In this document: positions 9,651 to 21,045 of the stretch, piece by piece
How the letters are laid out: the number at the start of each line of letters is the position of its first letter
Position numbering within the stretch: the first letter of the stretch is position 1
NCBI GenBank assembly: GCA_038245785.1
Contig: JBBRSB010000004.1
Coordinates: forward strand, 96,001 to 160,000
Length of the DNA stretch: 64,000 bases
Origin: Gloeobacterales cyanobacterium
GTDB taxonomy: Bacteria; Cyanobacteriota; Cyanobacteriia; Gloeobacterales; PMM-0068
Direction: 5' to 3'
Translations under genes and position numbers: made by a program
The notes under the pieces: model-generated
Database searches by the model: none
Seen by the model: only the letters and a program-made list of their open reading frames with translations
What the model was told of the DNA's origin: nothing

Positions 9651-10898
9651 CTAAAGGCTACAGCCCGCTTGTCCGGAAGCCGGGACGAACAGAGCCTCCT
9701 GCGCCAGCTCATTCAAAGAGGGGACCGCCAATTCATGAAATTCTTCCGTGCAGCGGACAAAGATTTCCACGCCCAACGCTAAGGCCATTTCATCGAAGTC
9801 AAAGCATGGATGATGGTGAGGTTTATCTAAGCCTTTATCTGGGTTGGCAGAACCGAGGAAGAAATAGCAACCAGGAGCTTCCTTGAGGAAATAGGCCATA
9901 TCTTCACCGCCCATCGTCCTCTCTGGCACTACCTGCGAAACATTGCCCAGCACACCAGCCGCCACCCCTTGGATCCATTGGGTAATCACTGGATGGTTAA
10001 TTACCGCAGGGTAATGACGAATATATTCGAACTCATAGGCCGCTCCAAAAGCCTTACAGACATTGGCCGCTACTGCTTCAATTCTCTGAGGTAGGAGGTC
10101 TGCTAGTTCAGGAGAAAATGACCGCACCGTACCCTCTAAACTTGCCTCTTGGGCAATGATGTTGAACGCTGACCCCGCAGTCAGTTTGCCCACAGTGACG
10201 ACTGCACTCTCAAAGGGATTCACATTGCGCGAAACAATCGTCTGTAGCGCCGTGACGACATGGGATGCAACCACCACGGCATCTACGGTTTGATGAGGCA
10301 TAGCGCCATGACCACCCCGTCCTTGAATCTTGAGTATAAATTGGTCAGCATTCGCCATAATCGGGCCGGACTGTATACCTGCCGTTCCGAGCGGGAGATT
10401 ATTCCAAAGATGAAGGCCAATCACAGCATCCACTTCAGGATTTTTCAAAGCGCCTTCTTGAATCATAGGCAGAGCCCCACCAGGGCTTTCTTCTGCGGGC
10501 TGAAATATTAGCTTAACGGTGCCCTTGAGGTCTTCTTGATGTTCAGCCAAGTACTTCGCTACGCCCAGCGCAATAGCTGTATGACCATCGTGACCACAGG
10601 CATGCATCACGCCAGGACGCGTAGAGGCATAGCTGATTTTGTTCAATTCCTGAATCGGCAGGGCATCCATGTCTGCTCGAATCCCCAGAACTTTGCCCGG
10701 TTGTCCGCCTTCCAGCACAGCCACTACACCCGTCTTGGCAACTCCTGTTCTCACCTGCCAACCTAGCGATTGCAGTTGCTGAATCACAAAAGCGCTGGTG
10801 CGCTCTTCCAAAAATCCCAGCTCAGGATACTGATGAAATTGACGCCGCCAGGAAATCAGATCCGGTAAGAGGGCTTCTATTTGAGGGCGTAGATCCAT
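9651..10898 (-). CDS. M20 family amidohydrolase
   Basis: RADMDALP, MHACGHDGH, FQPAEE, GEDMAY, PHHHP. Confidence 0.92.
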   Translation of the reverse strand: MDLRPQIEALLPDLISWRRQFHQYPELGFLEERTSAFVIQQLQSLGWQVRTGVAKTGVVAVLEGGQPGKVLGIRADMDALPIQELNKISYASTRPGVMHACGHDGHTAIALGVAKYLAEHQEDLKGTVKLIFQPAEESPGGALPMIQEGALKNPEVDAVIGLHLWNNLPLGTAGIQSGPIMANADQFILKIQGRGGHGAMPHQTVDAVVVASHVVTALQTIVSRNVNPFESAVVTVGKLTAGSAFNIIAQEASLEGTVRSFSPELADLLPQRIEAVAANVCKAFGAAYEFEYIRHYPAVINHPVITQWIQGVAAGVLGNVSQVVPERTMGGEDMAYFLKEAPGCYFFLGSANPDKGLDKPHHHPCFDFDEMALALGVEIFVRCTEEFHELAVPSLNELAQEALFVPASGQAGCSL

Positions 10899-11130
10899 GA
10901 TTGCCTACCGAGCATAACGTGCTTACTACTCTAACAAAATGCCACAGCTTATCCTGGACGGAAGGCTAGCAATCATACAAAATCGAGTATTGGACCATCG
11001 GCCTTTAGGTGCGGCTCTTCTGCTTACTGTGCTGAGTTTTACGTGGACAAACAGTGACGATTATGGCTAACCTTGGTTTTTAAGTATGAAGCTTTTGGAC
11101 TCTTCGCTATGATCTTTTGACTTTAATTAT

Positions 11131-11146
11131 CGTGATTCATCTCACA
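11131..11146. promoter_or_regulatory. Putative CRP-family binding site
   Basis: CGTGA-N6-TCACA (consensus TGTGA-N6-TCACA) in a long divergent intergenic region. Confidence 0.35.
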
Positions 11147-11416
11147 ACAAGACACAGCTTCAAACCACAAATAGATCTTTACCAACTGGCGAATCTATGT
11201 CAATCTAAATGACAGAAAGTCAATGTATGAGTTTCCCATCAAGGCAATTTAGAATTCTTATGAAGACTGAATGTAGATATGCTAAATAATTAGGTAGTCT
11301 ACTCTTGCAAAGAGTATACCTACCTGGCTTGTAGCGCCCTCTGTAAATATACTGACGAGTTTTTGCTGATGCAGATCAGCAAAAAATTGGGCACTTTGTT
11401 AGATAGAGGGATTGAT

Positions 11417-11851
11417 ATGGAAGTTACCTTGAATAGAGATCAACCAAGCGCAGAAAATCAACAAGGTTCCGAAAGACAAATTAGGATCCTGGTAGCTGAA
11501 GACAATCCAGTTAACCAAAAAGTAGTATTAAAGCAGCTACAAAGTTTGGGCTATCAAGCAGAAGTTGTCAACAATGGCCAAGAAGCTTTAGATCGACTCA
11601 CAGAACGCGAGTATGACATAGTACTTATGGATTGTCAGATGCCTGTCATGGATGGGTACCGAGCGACTCAGGAAATCCGCCTCCGTGAAGGCGACCAAAA
11701 GCACACCACGATTATTGCAATTACAGCCAATGCCATGCCCGAAGACCGGGACCGTTGCCTTAATTCCGGCATGGATGATTACATGAGCAAGCCAGCCAGC
11801 CGAGAAGATTTGAGAAAGAAAGTAGAACTTTGGACACGGGGTGCCAGCTAG
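11417..11851 (+). CDS. Stand-alone response regulator receiver protein
   Basis: ILVAEDNPVNQ, LMDCQMPVMDG, TANAM, SKP; probable start ATG 11417 (ORF open from 11363). Confidence 0.88.
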   Translation: MEVTLNRDQPSAENQQGSERQIRILVAEDNPVNQKVVLKQLQSLGYQAEVVNNGQEALDRLTEREYDIVLMDCQMPVMDGYRATQEIRLREGDQKHTTIIAITANAMPEDRDRCLNSGMDDYMSKPASREDLRKKVELWTRGAS

Positions 11852-11995
11852 CGAGAGAATACAGGCAACCACGTATCCCGATAAACTAGCGAATCAAAAA
11901 ACATAAAAGCTATCGTAGAGGCCATGCTCTGCACTATCATCTGGAACGGTGTATGTAAATGCCGGACAGAACGTGCAGTAAATTAGGTATCTCCT

Positions 11996-13027
11996 GTGGT
12001 AAACGACCTTATCCTTCGTGCCGCTCGTGGCGAAGCTCTCAACCGTCCTCCTGTGTGGATGATGCGCCAGGCGGGGCGCTACATGGCCGTCTATCGGGAG
12101 CTTCGGGAGAAGTATTCTTTCAAAGAACGCTGCGAAATTCCAGAACTAGCCACCGAAATTTCGCTACAACCCTTTCGGGCCTTTAAACCTGATGGGGTGA
12201 TCATGTTTTCTGACATTTTGACCCCTTTGGATGGTATGGGCATTCCCTTCGACATCATCGAATCGCGCGGACCGATCATTGAATCCCCCATCCGGACCCA
12301 AGCCCAGGTAGACAAGGTTTACCCCCTAGATCCAGAAAAATCGCTGCCTTTTATCAAGACGATTTTGAATACGCTCCGCCAAGAAGTCGCAGGGGGCGCC
12401 ACTGTTTTAGGCTTTGTTGGTGCTCCTTGGACACTAGCTGCTTATGTCGTCGAGGGAAAAAGCTCTAAAGAGTATGCCTTGATCAAAGGGATGGCCTTCA
12501 AAGAACCAGAACTGCTTCACCAACTGCTGGGCAAGTTCGCCGAATCCATTGCCCGCTATATGATTTACCAAATTGACTGTGGGGCGCAAGCAGTTCAGAT
12601 GTTTGATAGCTGGGCCGGTCATCTCAATCCGATGGATTACGAAGCCTTTGCTCTGCCCTACGAACAGCAAATTTTCAAAACTGTAAAGGAAGCTCGTCCT
12701 GAAGTGCCCTTGATCCTGTACATCAACGCTTCGGGGGGGCTTCTAGAGCGCATGGCCCAGTCAGGGGCCGATGTGGTGAGTGTGGATTGGACTGTGGATA
12801 TAGCGGAAGCCCGTAAGCGGCTCGGACCGAATATTGCTGTGCAAGGCAACCTGGACCCTTGTGTCCTGTTTGCGCCTCAAGATGTAATTCGGACACGCAT
12901 TCTTGATGTTATTGAAAAAGCAGGACCCACAGGACACATCATGAACCTGGGCCATGGCATCCTCCAAAGCACTCCTGAAGAAAATGCACGATTCTTCTTT
13001 GATACGGTGAAGTCTTTCAGCCGTTAG
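11996..13027 (+). CDS. hemE: Uroporphyrinogen decarboxylase
   Basis: [29 protein letters not shown]. Confidence 0.96.
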   Translation: MVNDLILRAARGEALNRPPVWMMRQAGRYMAVYRELREKYSFKERCEIPELATEISLQPFRAFKPDGVIMFSDILTPLDGMGIPFDIIESRGPIIESPIRTQAQVDKVYPLDPEKSLPFIKTILNTLRQEVAGGATVLGFVGAPWTLAAYVVEGKSSKEYALIKGMAFKEPELLHQLLGKFAESIARYMIYQIDCGAQAVQMFDSWAGHLNPMDYEAFALPYEQQIFKTVKEARPEVPLILYINASGGLLERMAQSGADVVSVDWTVDIAEARKRLGPNIAVQGNLDPCVLFAPQDVIRTRILDVIEKAGPTGHIMNLGHGILQSTPEENARFFFDTVKSFSR

Positions 13028-13159
13028 CGGTCAGGGTCAAGGGTCGGTTGTAAACACAGACTTTCCGCAGTACAGCGGATCGCTTATGATGGAGAGTCCG
13101 TCTCCGCACAATGCTTTTACAAAAATTGCTCGACTGTGCCCGTTCTAAAGAGGTAGTCC

Positions 13160-16100
13160 ATGAGTAGTAAAGACACTGCACTAGCCCCCGTGTTTATGTT
13201 GCCTGATTTGATCGAGATTCAGCGGGAGAGCTTTAGGTGGTTCTTAGAAGAAGGATTCATTGAAGAATTAGAAAGTTTTTCTCCCATTGAAGACTACACC
13301 GGGAAATTAGAACTTCACTTTTTGCCCAGGGACTACAGAGTCGTAGAGCCCAAGTACGACATGGAAGAATCCAAGCGTCGGGATACAACCTACGCTGTAC
13401 AGTTGCGCCTGCCTGCTCGTCTGATCAATAAAGAAACTGGCGAAATCAAAGAGCAAGAAGTCTTTTTGGGTGAAATTCCCTTGATGACAGACCGAGGCAC
13501 GTTCATCATTAACGGGGCTGAACGGGTCATCGTTAACCAGATTGTTCGTTCCCCCGGCGTCTACTTCAAAAAAGAAATCGATACCAACGGACGTAGCGCG
13601 TTCAACGCTTCTTTGATTCCTAACCGGGGCGCTTGGCTGAAGTTTGAAACTGATGCCAATGACCTGGTATGGGTCCGTATCGACAAGACCCGTAAGCTTT
13701 CCGCTTTGGTTCTGCTCAAGGCCCTCGGGCTCTCTGATGGAGAAATCCTCGATTCTCTTCGCCACCCAGAGTATTTGCAGAAGACCATTGATAAAGAAGG
13801 ACAGTTTACAGAAGATGAGGCCTTAATGGAGCTTTATCGTAAGCTTCGTCCGGGTGAGCCTCCTACGGTAGCGGGTGGCCAGCAACTTTTAGAATCTCGC
13901 TTCTTTGACCCTAAGCGCTATGACTTGGGTAAAGTAGGCCGCTACAAGATCAACAAGAAGCTGCGTCTTAATATTCCTGATACCACCAGAGTCCTGACTC
14001 CTCAAGACATTCTCGGTTGTATTGATTACTTAATTAACCTGGAATTCGACACCGGAACGATCGATGATATCGACCACCTCGGGAACCGTCGGATTCGCTC
14101 GGTCGGAGAACTCCTCCAGAACCAGGTCAGAGTCGGTTTAAACCGTTTAGAGCGGATTATCCGCGAACGGATGACTGTCAGCGATGCGGACCAACTAACG
14201 CCCGCGTCCCTGGTAAACCCCAAACCCCTGGTAGCTGCGATTAAAGAGTTTTTTGGTTCTTCCCAGCTTTCCCAGTTCATGGACCAGACCAATCCTCTGG
14301 CTGAATTGACGCACAAGCGTCGCTTGAGTGCCCTAGGTCCTGGCGGTTTGACCCGTGAACGAGCAGGCTTCGCAGTGCGGGATATCCACCCTTCTCACCA
14401 CGGAAGAATTTGCCCGATCGAAACGCCTGAAGGTCCTAACGCTGGCTTGATCGGTTCCCTAGCGACCCACGCTCGTGTGAACCAGTATGGATTTATCGAG
14501 TCACCCTATCGCAAGGTGGTAGATGGACGCGTTACCAGCGATGTGGTCTATCTAACAGCTGATGAAGAAGATGAGTTCCGGGTTGCCCCTGGGGACGTTC
14601 CTCTACACGAAGATGGAACCTTTGCCGTTACCCAGATTCCTTCTCGTTACCGTCAAGACTTTCAAGTACTTCCGCCAGAAGAAGTAGATTATGTTGCCGT
14701 TTCTCCGATTCAGATCGTTTCAGTAGCTACCTCCTTGATTCCGTTCTTGGAACATGATGACGCTAACCGAGCCCTGATGGGAGCGAACATGCAGCGTCAG
14801 GCAGTACCGCTCCTTTCTCCTGAACGGCCTTTGGTTGGCACGGGTTTGGAAGCGCAAGCGGCTCGTGACTCGGGCATGGTGATCATTTCTGATGTGACAG
14901 GCGAAATTTCCTACGTCAGTGCTACGGAGATTCGGGTCCGGGAAGATGGTACCGGCGATGAGCGCAGCTACCCGCTACAGAAATATCAGCGCTCTAACCA
15001 AGACACTTGTTTGAACCAAAAGCCGATCTCCTATGAAGGTGATCATGTGGTCAAAGGTCAGGTCATTGCCGATGGTTCTGCCACCGAGGGCGGAGAGCTG
15101 GCTTTGGGCCAAAACGTCCTGGTAGCCTACATGCCCTGGGAAGGCTACAACTATGAGGACGCGATTCTCATCTCTGAGCGTTTGATCAACGAGGACGTTT
15201 ACACCTCAATCCACATTGAGAAATTTGAGATTGAGGCTCGTCAAACCAAGCTTGGTCCTGAAGAAATCACCCGAGAGATTCCGAACGTCGGCGAAGATTC
15301 TCTGCGGAACCTGGATGAGCGTGGAATTATCCGCGTCGGAGCCTGGTGCGAATCGGGAGACATTCTCGTGGGTAAGGTCACACCAAAAGGTGAATCTGAC
15401 CAGCCGCCTGAAGAAAAATTACTGCGGGCTATCTTTGGCGAAAAAGCCCGAGACGTGCGTGACAACTCTCTGCGTGTGCCAAACGGTGAGAAAGGCCGAG
15501 TCGTGGATGTCCGTGTATTTACCCGTGAGCAAGGGGACGAATTGCCCCCTGGCGCCAACATGGTGGTCCGGGTTTATATCGCCCAGAAACGTAAGATCCA
15601 AGTCGGGGATAAGATGGCTGGTCGCCACGGGAATAAGGGAATTATTTCCCGGATTCTTCCTAAGGAAGACATGCCCTACATGCCCGATGGCACCCCCGTT
15701 GACATTGTGCTCAACCCTCTAGGCGTACCTTCGCGGATGAACGTTGGTCAGGTCTTTGAAACACTCTTAGGCTGGGCTGGTGATATCCTGGGTTCCCGCT
15801 TTAAGCTGACGCCTTTCGACGAAATGTTTGGGGAAGAAGCTTCTCGGAACTTGGTGCATGACCGTTTGATGCAGGCTCGTGAAAAGTCTGGCAAGCCTTG
15901 GGTTTACTGCTCTGATGCTTCGGTCAAGATCAGTAACGATGTGCGTTTGCAGTACGTCAAACCAGCGGTGGGTAAGATTACCCTCTTCGATGGCCGAACA
16001 GGAGAACCGTTTGACAGTCCAATCACGGTCGGTCGCTCGTACATGTTGAAACTGGTCCACTTGGTAGACGACAAGATTCACGCTCGTTCTACTGGACCTT

Positions 16101-16507
16101 ACTCCCTGGTCACGCAACAGCCTCTGGGAGGAAAAGCCCAGCAAGGGGGTCAGCGTTTCGGAGAGATGGAAGTGTGGGCTTTGGAAGCGTTTGGAGCTGC
16201 CTATATTCTCCAAGAGCTACTCACTGTCAAGTCGGATGACATGATTGGTCGTAATGATGCCCTCAACGCCATCGTCAAGGGTAAGGCGATTCCTCGTCCA
16301 GGTATTCCTGAGTCCTTCAAGGTCCTAGTGCGTGAGCTTCAATCCCTCGGTCTGGATGTGTCCGTGCACAAACTAGAAACTAAGAGTGATGGTTCTTCCA
16401 AGGATGTGGAGGTAGACCTGATGGCTGATGTCCTCAACCGTCGTGCTCCTTCTCGTCCTACCTACGAGAATGTCACCGTTACGCGGGAAGACTTCACGGA
16501 CGAATAG
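13160..16507 (+). CDS. rpoB: RNA polymerase beta subunit
   Basis: [39 protein letters not shown]. Confidence 0.99.
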   Translation: MSSKDTALAPVFMLPDLIEIQRESFRWFLEEGFIEELESFSPIEDYTGKLELHFLPRDYRVVEPKYDMEESKRRDTTYAVQLRLPARLINKETGEIKEQEVFLGEIPLMTDRGTFIINGAERVIVNQIVRSPGVYFKKEIDTNGRSAFNASLIPNRGAWLKFETDANDLVWVRIDKTRKLSALVLLKALGLSDGEILDSLRHPEYLQKTIDKEGQFTEDEALMELYRKLRPGEPPTVAGGQQLLESRFFDPKRYDLGKVGRYKINKKLRLNIPDTTRVLTPQDILGCIDYLINLEFDTGTIDDIDHLGNRRIRSVGELLQNQVRVGLNRLERIIRERMTVSDADQLTPASLVNPKPLVAAIKEFFGSSQLSQFMDQTNPLAELTHKRRLSALGPGGLTRERAGFAVRDIHPSHHGRICPIETPEGPNAGLIGSLATHARVNQYGFIESPYRKVVDGRVTSDVVYLTADEEDEFRVAPGDVPLHEDGTFAVTQIPSRYRQDFQVLPPEEVDYVAVSPIQIVSVATSLIPFLEHDDANRALMGANMQRQAVPLLSPERPLVGTGLEAQAARDSGMVIISDVTGEISYVSATEIRVREDGTGDERSYPLQKYQRSNQDTCLNQKPISYEGDHVVKGQVIADGSATEGGELALGQNVLVAYMPWEGYNYEDAILISERLINEDVYTSIHIEKFEIEARQTKLGPEEITREIPNVGEDSLRNLDERGIIRVGAWCESGDILVGKVTPKGESDQPPEEKLLRAIFGEKARDVRDNSLRVPNGEKGRVVDVRVFTREQGDELPPGANMVVRVYIAQKRKIQVGDKMAGRHGNKGIISRILPKEDMPYMPDGTPVDIVLNPLGVPSRMNVGQVFETLLGWAGDILGSRFKLTPFDEMFGEEASRNLVHDRLMQAREKSGKPWVYCSDASVKISNDVRLQYVKPAVGKITLFDGRTGEPFDSPITVGRSYMLKLVHLVDDKIHARSTGPYSLVTQQPLGGKAQQGGQRFGEMEVWALEAFGAAYILQELLTVKSDDMIGRNDALNAIVKGKAIPRPGIPESFKVLVRELQSLGLDVSVHKLETKSDGSSKDVEVDLMADVLNRRAPSRPTYENVTVTREDFTDE

Positions 16508-16528
16508 ACTTCTTCTTTGAAGATTTTG

Positions 16529-16561
16529 AAGGCCATCTGCGCAATGCAGGTGGCCTTTTTT
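16529..16561 (+). terminator. Rho-independent terminator after rpoB
   Basis: AAGGCCATCTGC-GCAAT-GCAGGTGGCC followed by T6. Confidence 0.85.
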
Positions 16562-16671
16562 GTAAAGTCCAACTTCCTGGACATCAGACTTCACCCAGGA
16601 GTTAACGTGAAATCATTAAACAAAAAAGCTAAACTCGAAAGAACAAGGCGGCTGAAGTTGAGAATGCAAAG

Positions 16672-17289
16672 ATGATTCAAGCCATTCCTAGACAAATTAC
16701 TTTTGATGAGTTCATCGCTTGGTATCCAGAGAACTCAGAGCATCGCTATGAATTGCACGATGGGGAAATCATTGAAATGCCAAAGCCCATTGGTAAGCAT
16801 TCAGAGGTTGGAGGCTACCTTGCGCTCAGGTTGGGTATCGAGATCGAGCGGCTACAACTTCCTTACTTTGTCCCTAGAGAGTGCGTGGTCAAGGTTAGAG
16901 AATCTGTATATTTACCAGATGTTATTGTACTGAATCAACAGACTCTTGATGATGACCCGCGATGGGAAAAGGAATCCACTATCACGCACGGCAAATCTGC
17001 AAAGCTTGTGATTGAGGTAACCAGCACTAACTGGAGCGATGACTATGCGCTTAAACTGGAAGACTACGAAGCGCTTGGAATTGAAGAGTACTGGATTTGC
17101 GATTATCTAGGATTGGGCGGAAAGCGCTATATTGGGTCACCAAAGCAACCTACTTTTTCGGTCTATCACCTGAACGAAGCTAGTGAATATCAGGTCGGAC
17201 AGTTCCAAGGGGAGCAAGAAATCCAGTCGAAAGTCTTTCCTGAATTGCAGATAAGTATGAATCAAATCTTAATCAGAGTGAACCCATAA
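16672..17289 (+). CDS. Uma2 family endonuclease
   Basis: RYELHDGEIIEMP, PDVIV, LVIEVTS, Y..LGIEEYWI. Confidence 0.9.
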   Translation: MIQAIPRQITFDEFIAWYPENSEHRYELHDGEIIEMPKPIGKHSEVGGYLALRLGIEIERLQLPYFVPRECVVKVRESVYLPDVIVLNQQTLDDDPRWEKESTITHGKSAKLVIEVTSTNWSDDYALKLEDYEALGIEEYWICDYLGLGGKRYIGSPKQPTFSVYHLNEASEYQVGQFQGEQEIQSKVFPELQISMNQILIRVNP

Positions 17290-17465
17290 ATCCTACAAAC
17301 GCAGCACATCATCCCCGCCTCCGGGTTGGGCTGACGTCGATTATAATCTCTCGGTCATTCCGATTTGCTTGCGGTTAGAGGATTAAGACTAACGATTCCA
17401 ACTATTACACCATTTAGATCGCGGACATATGATACGACTCGTCCCCAGGGCGGTGTGGGAATCGG

Positions 17466-18209
17466 CTATTTCTGGATGCTAGGGAGATCGGCGACTTTCC
17501 ACAACGTAATTTCAAAGGGCTCATGTGGGTAGTGGTCTTTCCGAGCTTCCAATGGAGACGGGAAATGGAAAGGCGCTTGCTGCAGATTGAGGTGACGCCA
17601 GCTCAGGCCTGTGAACTGATTGTAGTTACTCGTGACCTGCGGGCTGTTGGATACCAGCAGCCATGTGGCGCCGCTGCGGCGGATGTTCTCCAAGACTGCG
17701 GCGATATCTTGGAAAGACAGATGGATCCAGCAATCACGGCACATGACGAGGTCAGCACGCAGCAGATCGTCCTTAGTGAGATCAGCAACCACGAAACGCA
17801 CGCCGGGACGCAAGAATTTCGCCTGATTGTTCTCAATCGCGCTAGGTACGATATCAGCCCCGACATAGTCCACCTTTGTCAAATCGACAAGGCGCATCCA
17901 ATTCCAGTCGCCGCACGGAGCATCTAGGAAAGTTTTGATACTCAGCCTCTGGAAAAGCTCTGGCAAATAGACCCGCAAAGACTCGGTCGCCCCTAGCTCA
18001 GACCCTTCGCCCGAGAGGCTTTCTGTGCTGCCCCATAGCGTTTCTTCATAAGCCTTCGCAAAGATCTGTCCACGCGGTTTCAGCTCTATCACCGTGTCAT
18101 GCAAAACGGGAATGTTTCCTAGAAAACTCTTGATTTTGCGTCGCAACTGTAGCCCTAGTCCCATGGAGTTCCCCCACATTTCGACGAGACGATTATAGCT
18201 ACAAGTCAA
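17466..18209 (-). CDS. Class I SAM-dependent methyltransferase-like protein
   Basis: SGEGS, FLDAPCGDWNWM, YVGADIV, DLVMCRDCWIHL; true start probably downstream of 18209. Confidence 0.75.
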   Translation of the reverse strand: MTCSYNRLVEMWGNSMGLGLQLRRKIKSFLGNIPVLHDTVIELKPRGQIFAKAYEETLWGSTESLSGEGSELGATESLRVYLPELFQRLSIKTFLDAPCGDWNWMRLVDLTKVDYVGADIVPSAIENNQAKFLRPGVRFVVADLTKDDLLRADLVMCRDCWIHLSFQDIAAVLENIRRSGATWLLVSNSPQVTSNYNQFTGLSWRHLNLQQAPFHFPSPLEARKDHYPHEPFEITLWKVADLPSIQK

Positions 18210-18346
18210 AATTTCTATCAGATCCAGCAGATGCTATGCCCAGTGATGTGCGCACTACAATGGCTGCTCGGTGAGCGTAAGTTGTACAACTAATTTAGTG
18301 GAGAAGAGATAAGTGAAGACATTCGCAATAATGCCAAAATATAAGT

Positions 18347-20182
18347 ATGCTAACTTTGCTGCTTCAAGACGCTGAACGCCTTATTCTAAGAATGTCTGAA
18401 CTCCCCACAGGCCCTGGGGTGTATTTGATGAAAGACCTTGACGGGAAGGTGATCTATATTGGCAAGGCCAAAAATCTGCGCAATAGAGTGCGGACCTATT
18501 TTCAGGCAGGCACGGATCACTCACCGAAAACCCAGATTATGGTCCAGCAGGTAGCGGATGTTGAACTGATTCTTACCGACACTGAAGCTGAAGCCCTGAC
18601 CCTGGAAGAGAACCTGGTTAAAGACCGTCAGCCTCGATACAACATTCTGCTCAAAGACGACAAGCAGTATCCATTTCTCTGCATCACCTGGTCAGAAGAA
18701 TATCCTCGAATTCTCGTGTGTCGGCCCAGAGGCTACCGTAATCCCAAAGATAAATATTTTGGCCCCTATGTCGACGCTGGGGCTCTCCACGAAACCGTTA
18801 GATTCCTTAAACGGGCCTTTCCCCTGCGACAGCGCCCAAACCCTGTTTTCAAAGACCGCCCCTGCATCAATTACGACATGGGCCGTTGTCCAGGTATCTG
18901 TCAACAGCTGATTAGCCCGGAAGATTATCGAAAAACGATAGAGGAGGCACAACAGGTGATTCAGGGCAAAACCGATGAATTGGTGCAAGCCCTTGAAGTC
19001 CGTATGGCCGATGCTGCCGAAGAACTCCATTTTGAAGCCGCCGCCAGATTCAGAGACCAAATTCAAAACTTAGAAATGCTCTCAGAACGGCAAAAAATGT
19101 CGATTCCTGACCCTGGAATTTCACGCGATGCTGTGGCTCTGGCTGCCGATAGCTATCGGGTCGTCGTCCAGATCTTTCAGGTGCGCAAAGGTAAGCTGAT
19201 TGGCCGCTTGGGATTCTGTTTCCAGGCTACCCAGGAAGAACCCGGTCCTCTCTTGCAAACAGTTTTAGAACAGCATTACCGTAGCCTAGACCCAGAGGAT
19301 TTACCCTTAGAGATTCTCACACAATATGAATTACCCACACCCGAACTTTTAGAAGCCTGGCTGAGTGAGAGCAGAGGCCGTAAGGTCACGATTAAAGCGC
19401 CGCAACGCCAGATGAAAGCAGAACTGATTGATCTGGTTGTTCGCAATGCAGAACTAGAATTGCAGCGGCTGGCTCGTAGTTCTGATATCCCGCAACAGGC
19501 CCTTGTCCGTTTGATGGAAGCGCTGGAGCTGCCCAGTCCTCCCCAACGCTTGGAGTGCTATGACATTTCTCATATCCAGGGTACCGATACGGTCGCTTCT
19601 AGAGTGGTATTCGTGAATGGCAAACCGAGCAAAGCCCACTATCGTCGCTATAAGATCCGAGACCCTAAAATTCAAGCAGGTCAGCCCGATGATTTTGCTT
19701 CGATGGCGGAAGTGATTGGCCGGAGATTCAAACCCAATCAAGCGGAGGAACTGCCTGATTTAGTTGTGATTGATGGTGGCAAAGGACAGCTATCAGCGGC
19801 CCGTGCGGTGATGGAAGAACTCGGCGTAGACCACGTACCGACCATTGGCTTAGCAAAACGGATTGAAGAAATTTTCAAGCCTCAGCAATTAAAGCCGATT
19901 CTCCTCGACCACCGAGATGTGGGCTTACAGCTACTCCAGCAAATCCGGGATGAAGCCCACCGCTTTGCGATTACCTATCATCGCAACCTCAGAGGCAAAC
20001 GAATGACGACCTCTGCCCTGGATGAAATTCCTGGGTTAGGTCCTAGCCGCAAAGATAGCTTACTCAAACAATTTTCTTCTGTTCCTAAACTGCGCAAAGC
20101 CAGCGTAGAAGAGATTGCAGAAGTACCTGGAATTCATCAAAAGTTAGCACAGGTTATTTATAGTCACCTGCATTTGAGCTAA
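18347..20182 (+). CDS. uvrC: Excinuclease ABC subunit C
   Basis: GIY-YIG (PGVYLM..IYIGKAKNL), ECYDISH, IDGGKGQL, RDEAHRFA, HhH. Confidence 0.97.
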   Translation: MLTLLLQDAERLILRMSELPTGPGVYLMKDLDGKVIYIGKAKNLRNRVRTYFQAGTDHSPKTQIMVQQVADVELILTDTEAEALTLEENLVKDRQPRYNILLKDDKQYPFLCITWSEEYPRILVCRPRGYRNPKDKYFGPYVDAGALHETVRFLKRAFPLRQRPNPVFKDRPCINYDMGRCPGICQQLISPEDYRKTIEEAQQVIQGKTDELVQALEVRMADAAEELHFEAAARFRDQIQNLEMLSERQKMSIPDPGISRDAVALAADSYRVVVQIFQVRKGKLIGRLGFCFQATQEEPGPLLQTVLEQHYRSLDPEDLPLEILTQYELPTPELLEAWLSESRGRKVTIKAPQRQMKAELIDLVVRNAELELQRLARSSDIPQQALVRLMEALELPSPPQRLECYDISHIQGTDTVASRVVFVNGKPSKAHYRRYKIRDPKIQAGQPDDFASMAEVIGRRFKPNQAEELPDLVVIDGGKGQLSAARAVMEELGVDHVPTIGLAKRIEEIFKPQQLKPILLDHRDVGLQLLQQIRDEAHRFAITYHRNLRGKRMTTSALDEIPGLGPSRKDSLLKQFSSVPKLRKASVEEIAEVPGIHQKLAQVIYSHLHLS

Positions 20183-20316
20183 AACCTCCAACTTTAGCTA
20201 CATATCCGACTACCTATTTCAGATTTTGGATAAAGACTCAGGGGAAAGGACTTCTTTGATCTAAAAACGACTGGCGCATATCTAGCAGCTTGGTGTGATT
20301 AGGTTGTTGATTAGCT

Positions 20317-20658
20317 CTAAAAATTCGGTTTTTTGATACGAATAAGTTGATCTTCAAAAGATGGAGTTATGCGGAGGACTTCATGGAGCTGAGCAGCGTA
20401 GTTTTCAAAATCTCTATCTGCAGTGCAGACAATGATCCCCTTGTGAGGGCTCCCTTGCTAATGCAGCTTGATAAAATCTTTCCGGTTTTCGGTAATCACT
20501 AATCTATCTTGCTCAAAAGCAAACAGAAGAACTTGATCATCAGGGAGCTGTTGATTGGCTTGTTCAGCTTCATAAGAGGTCAAAATATCGTAGCCCAGTT
20601 TTCGAAGTATTAAAACGACAGGTTTGGGGAAATTCTCATTGGCATACAGCTTCATCAT
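20317..20658 (-). pseudogene. DUF5615 PIN-like toxin with internal TAG
   Basis: KLYANENFP...NRKDFIKLH*QGSPHKGIIVCTADRDFE...LIRIKKPNF*; in-frame stop at 20458-20460. Confidence 0.8.
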
Positions 20659-20900
20659 GCTGCTTCATTATCAGCAATATCTTGGTCAATCTCATCCCGA
20701 TGTTTTTCATAGTAATGCCACGCACCGTCTAAATCGACCTGGTTAAGCGTGGGATAGCTATCTAACAGTTCTTGATCAGAAGATCCTAGATTGTGATAGG
20801 CAACCAACGTCCAGACTGGAATGCGGGTGTTGCGGACTCTGGCCCGACCCCCACAAACTCCTTCGGCATGTTCGATCCAGGTTTTAACTTGGCTAACCAT
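20655..20900 (-). CDS. DUF433 antitoxin
   Basis: GVCGGRARVRNTRIPVW...ELLDSYPTL; overlaps toxin start. Confidence 0.85.
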   Translation of the reverse strand: MVSQVKTWIEHAEGVCGGRARVRNTRIPVWTLVAYHNLGSSDQELLDSYPTLNQVDLDGAWHYYEKHRDEIDQDIADNEAA

Positions 20901-21045
20901 TGATGCTCTAATCCTAGTCTCAGCATTCCACAAATTCAACTTTTCCCTACTGCTGTTGTACTTTCTGACTACGCAAATCCCTATACGTTGTTTTGTGCAC
21001 TCTTTTGGCTTGATTAATAGGTGTAAATGGGTGTATTAATGGCGA

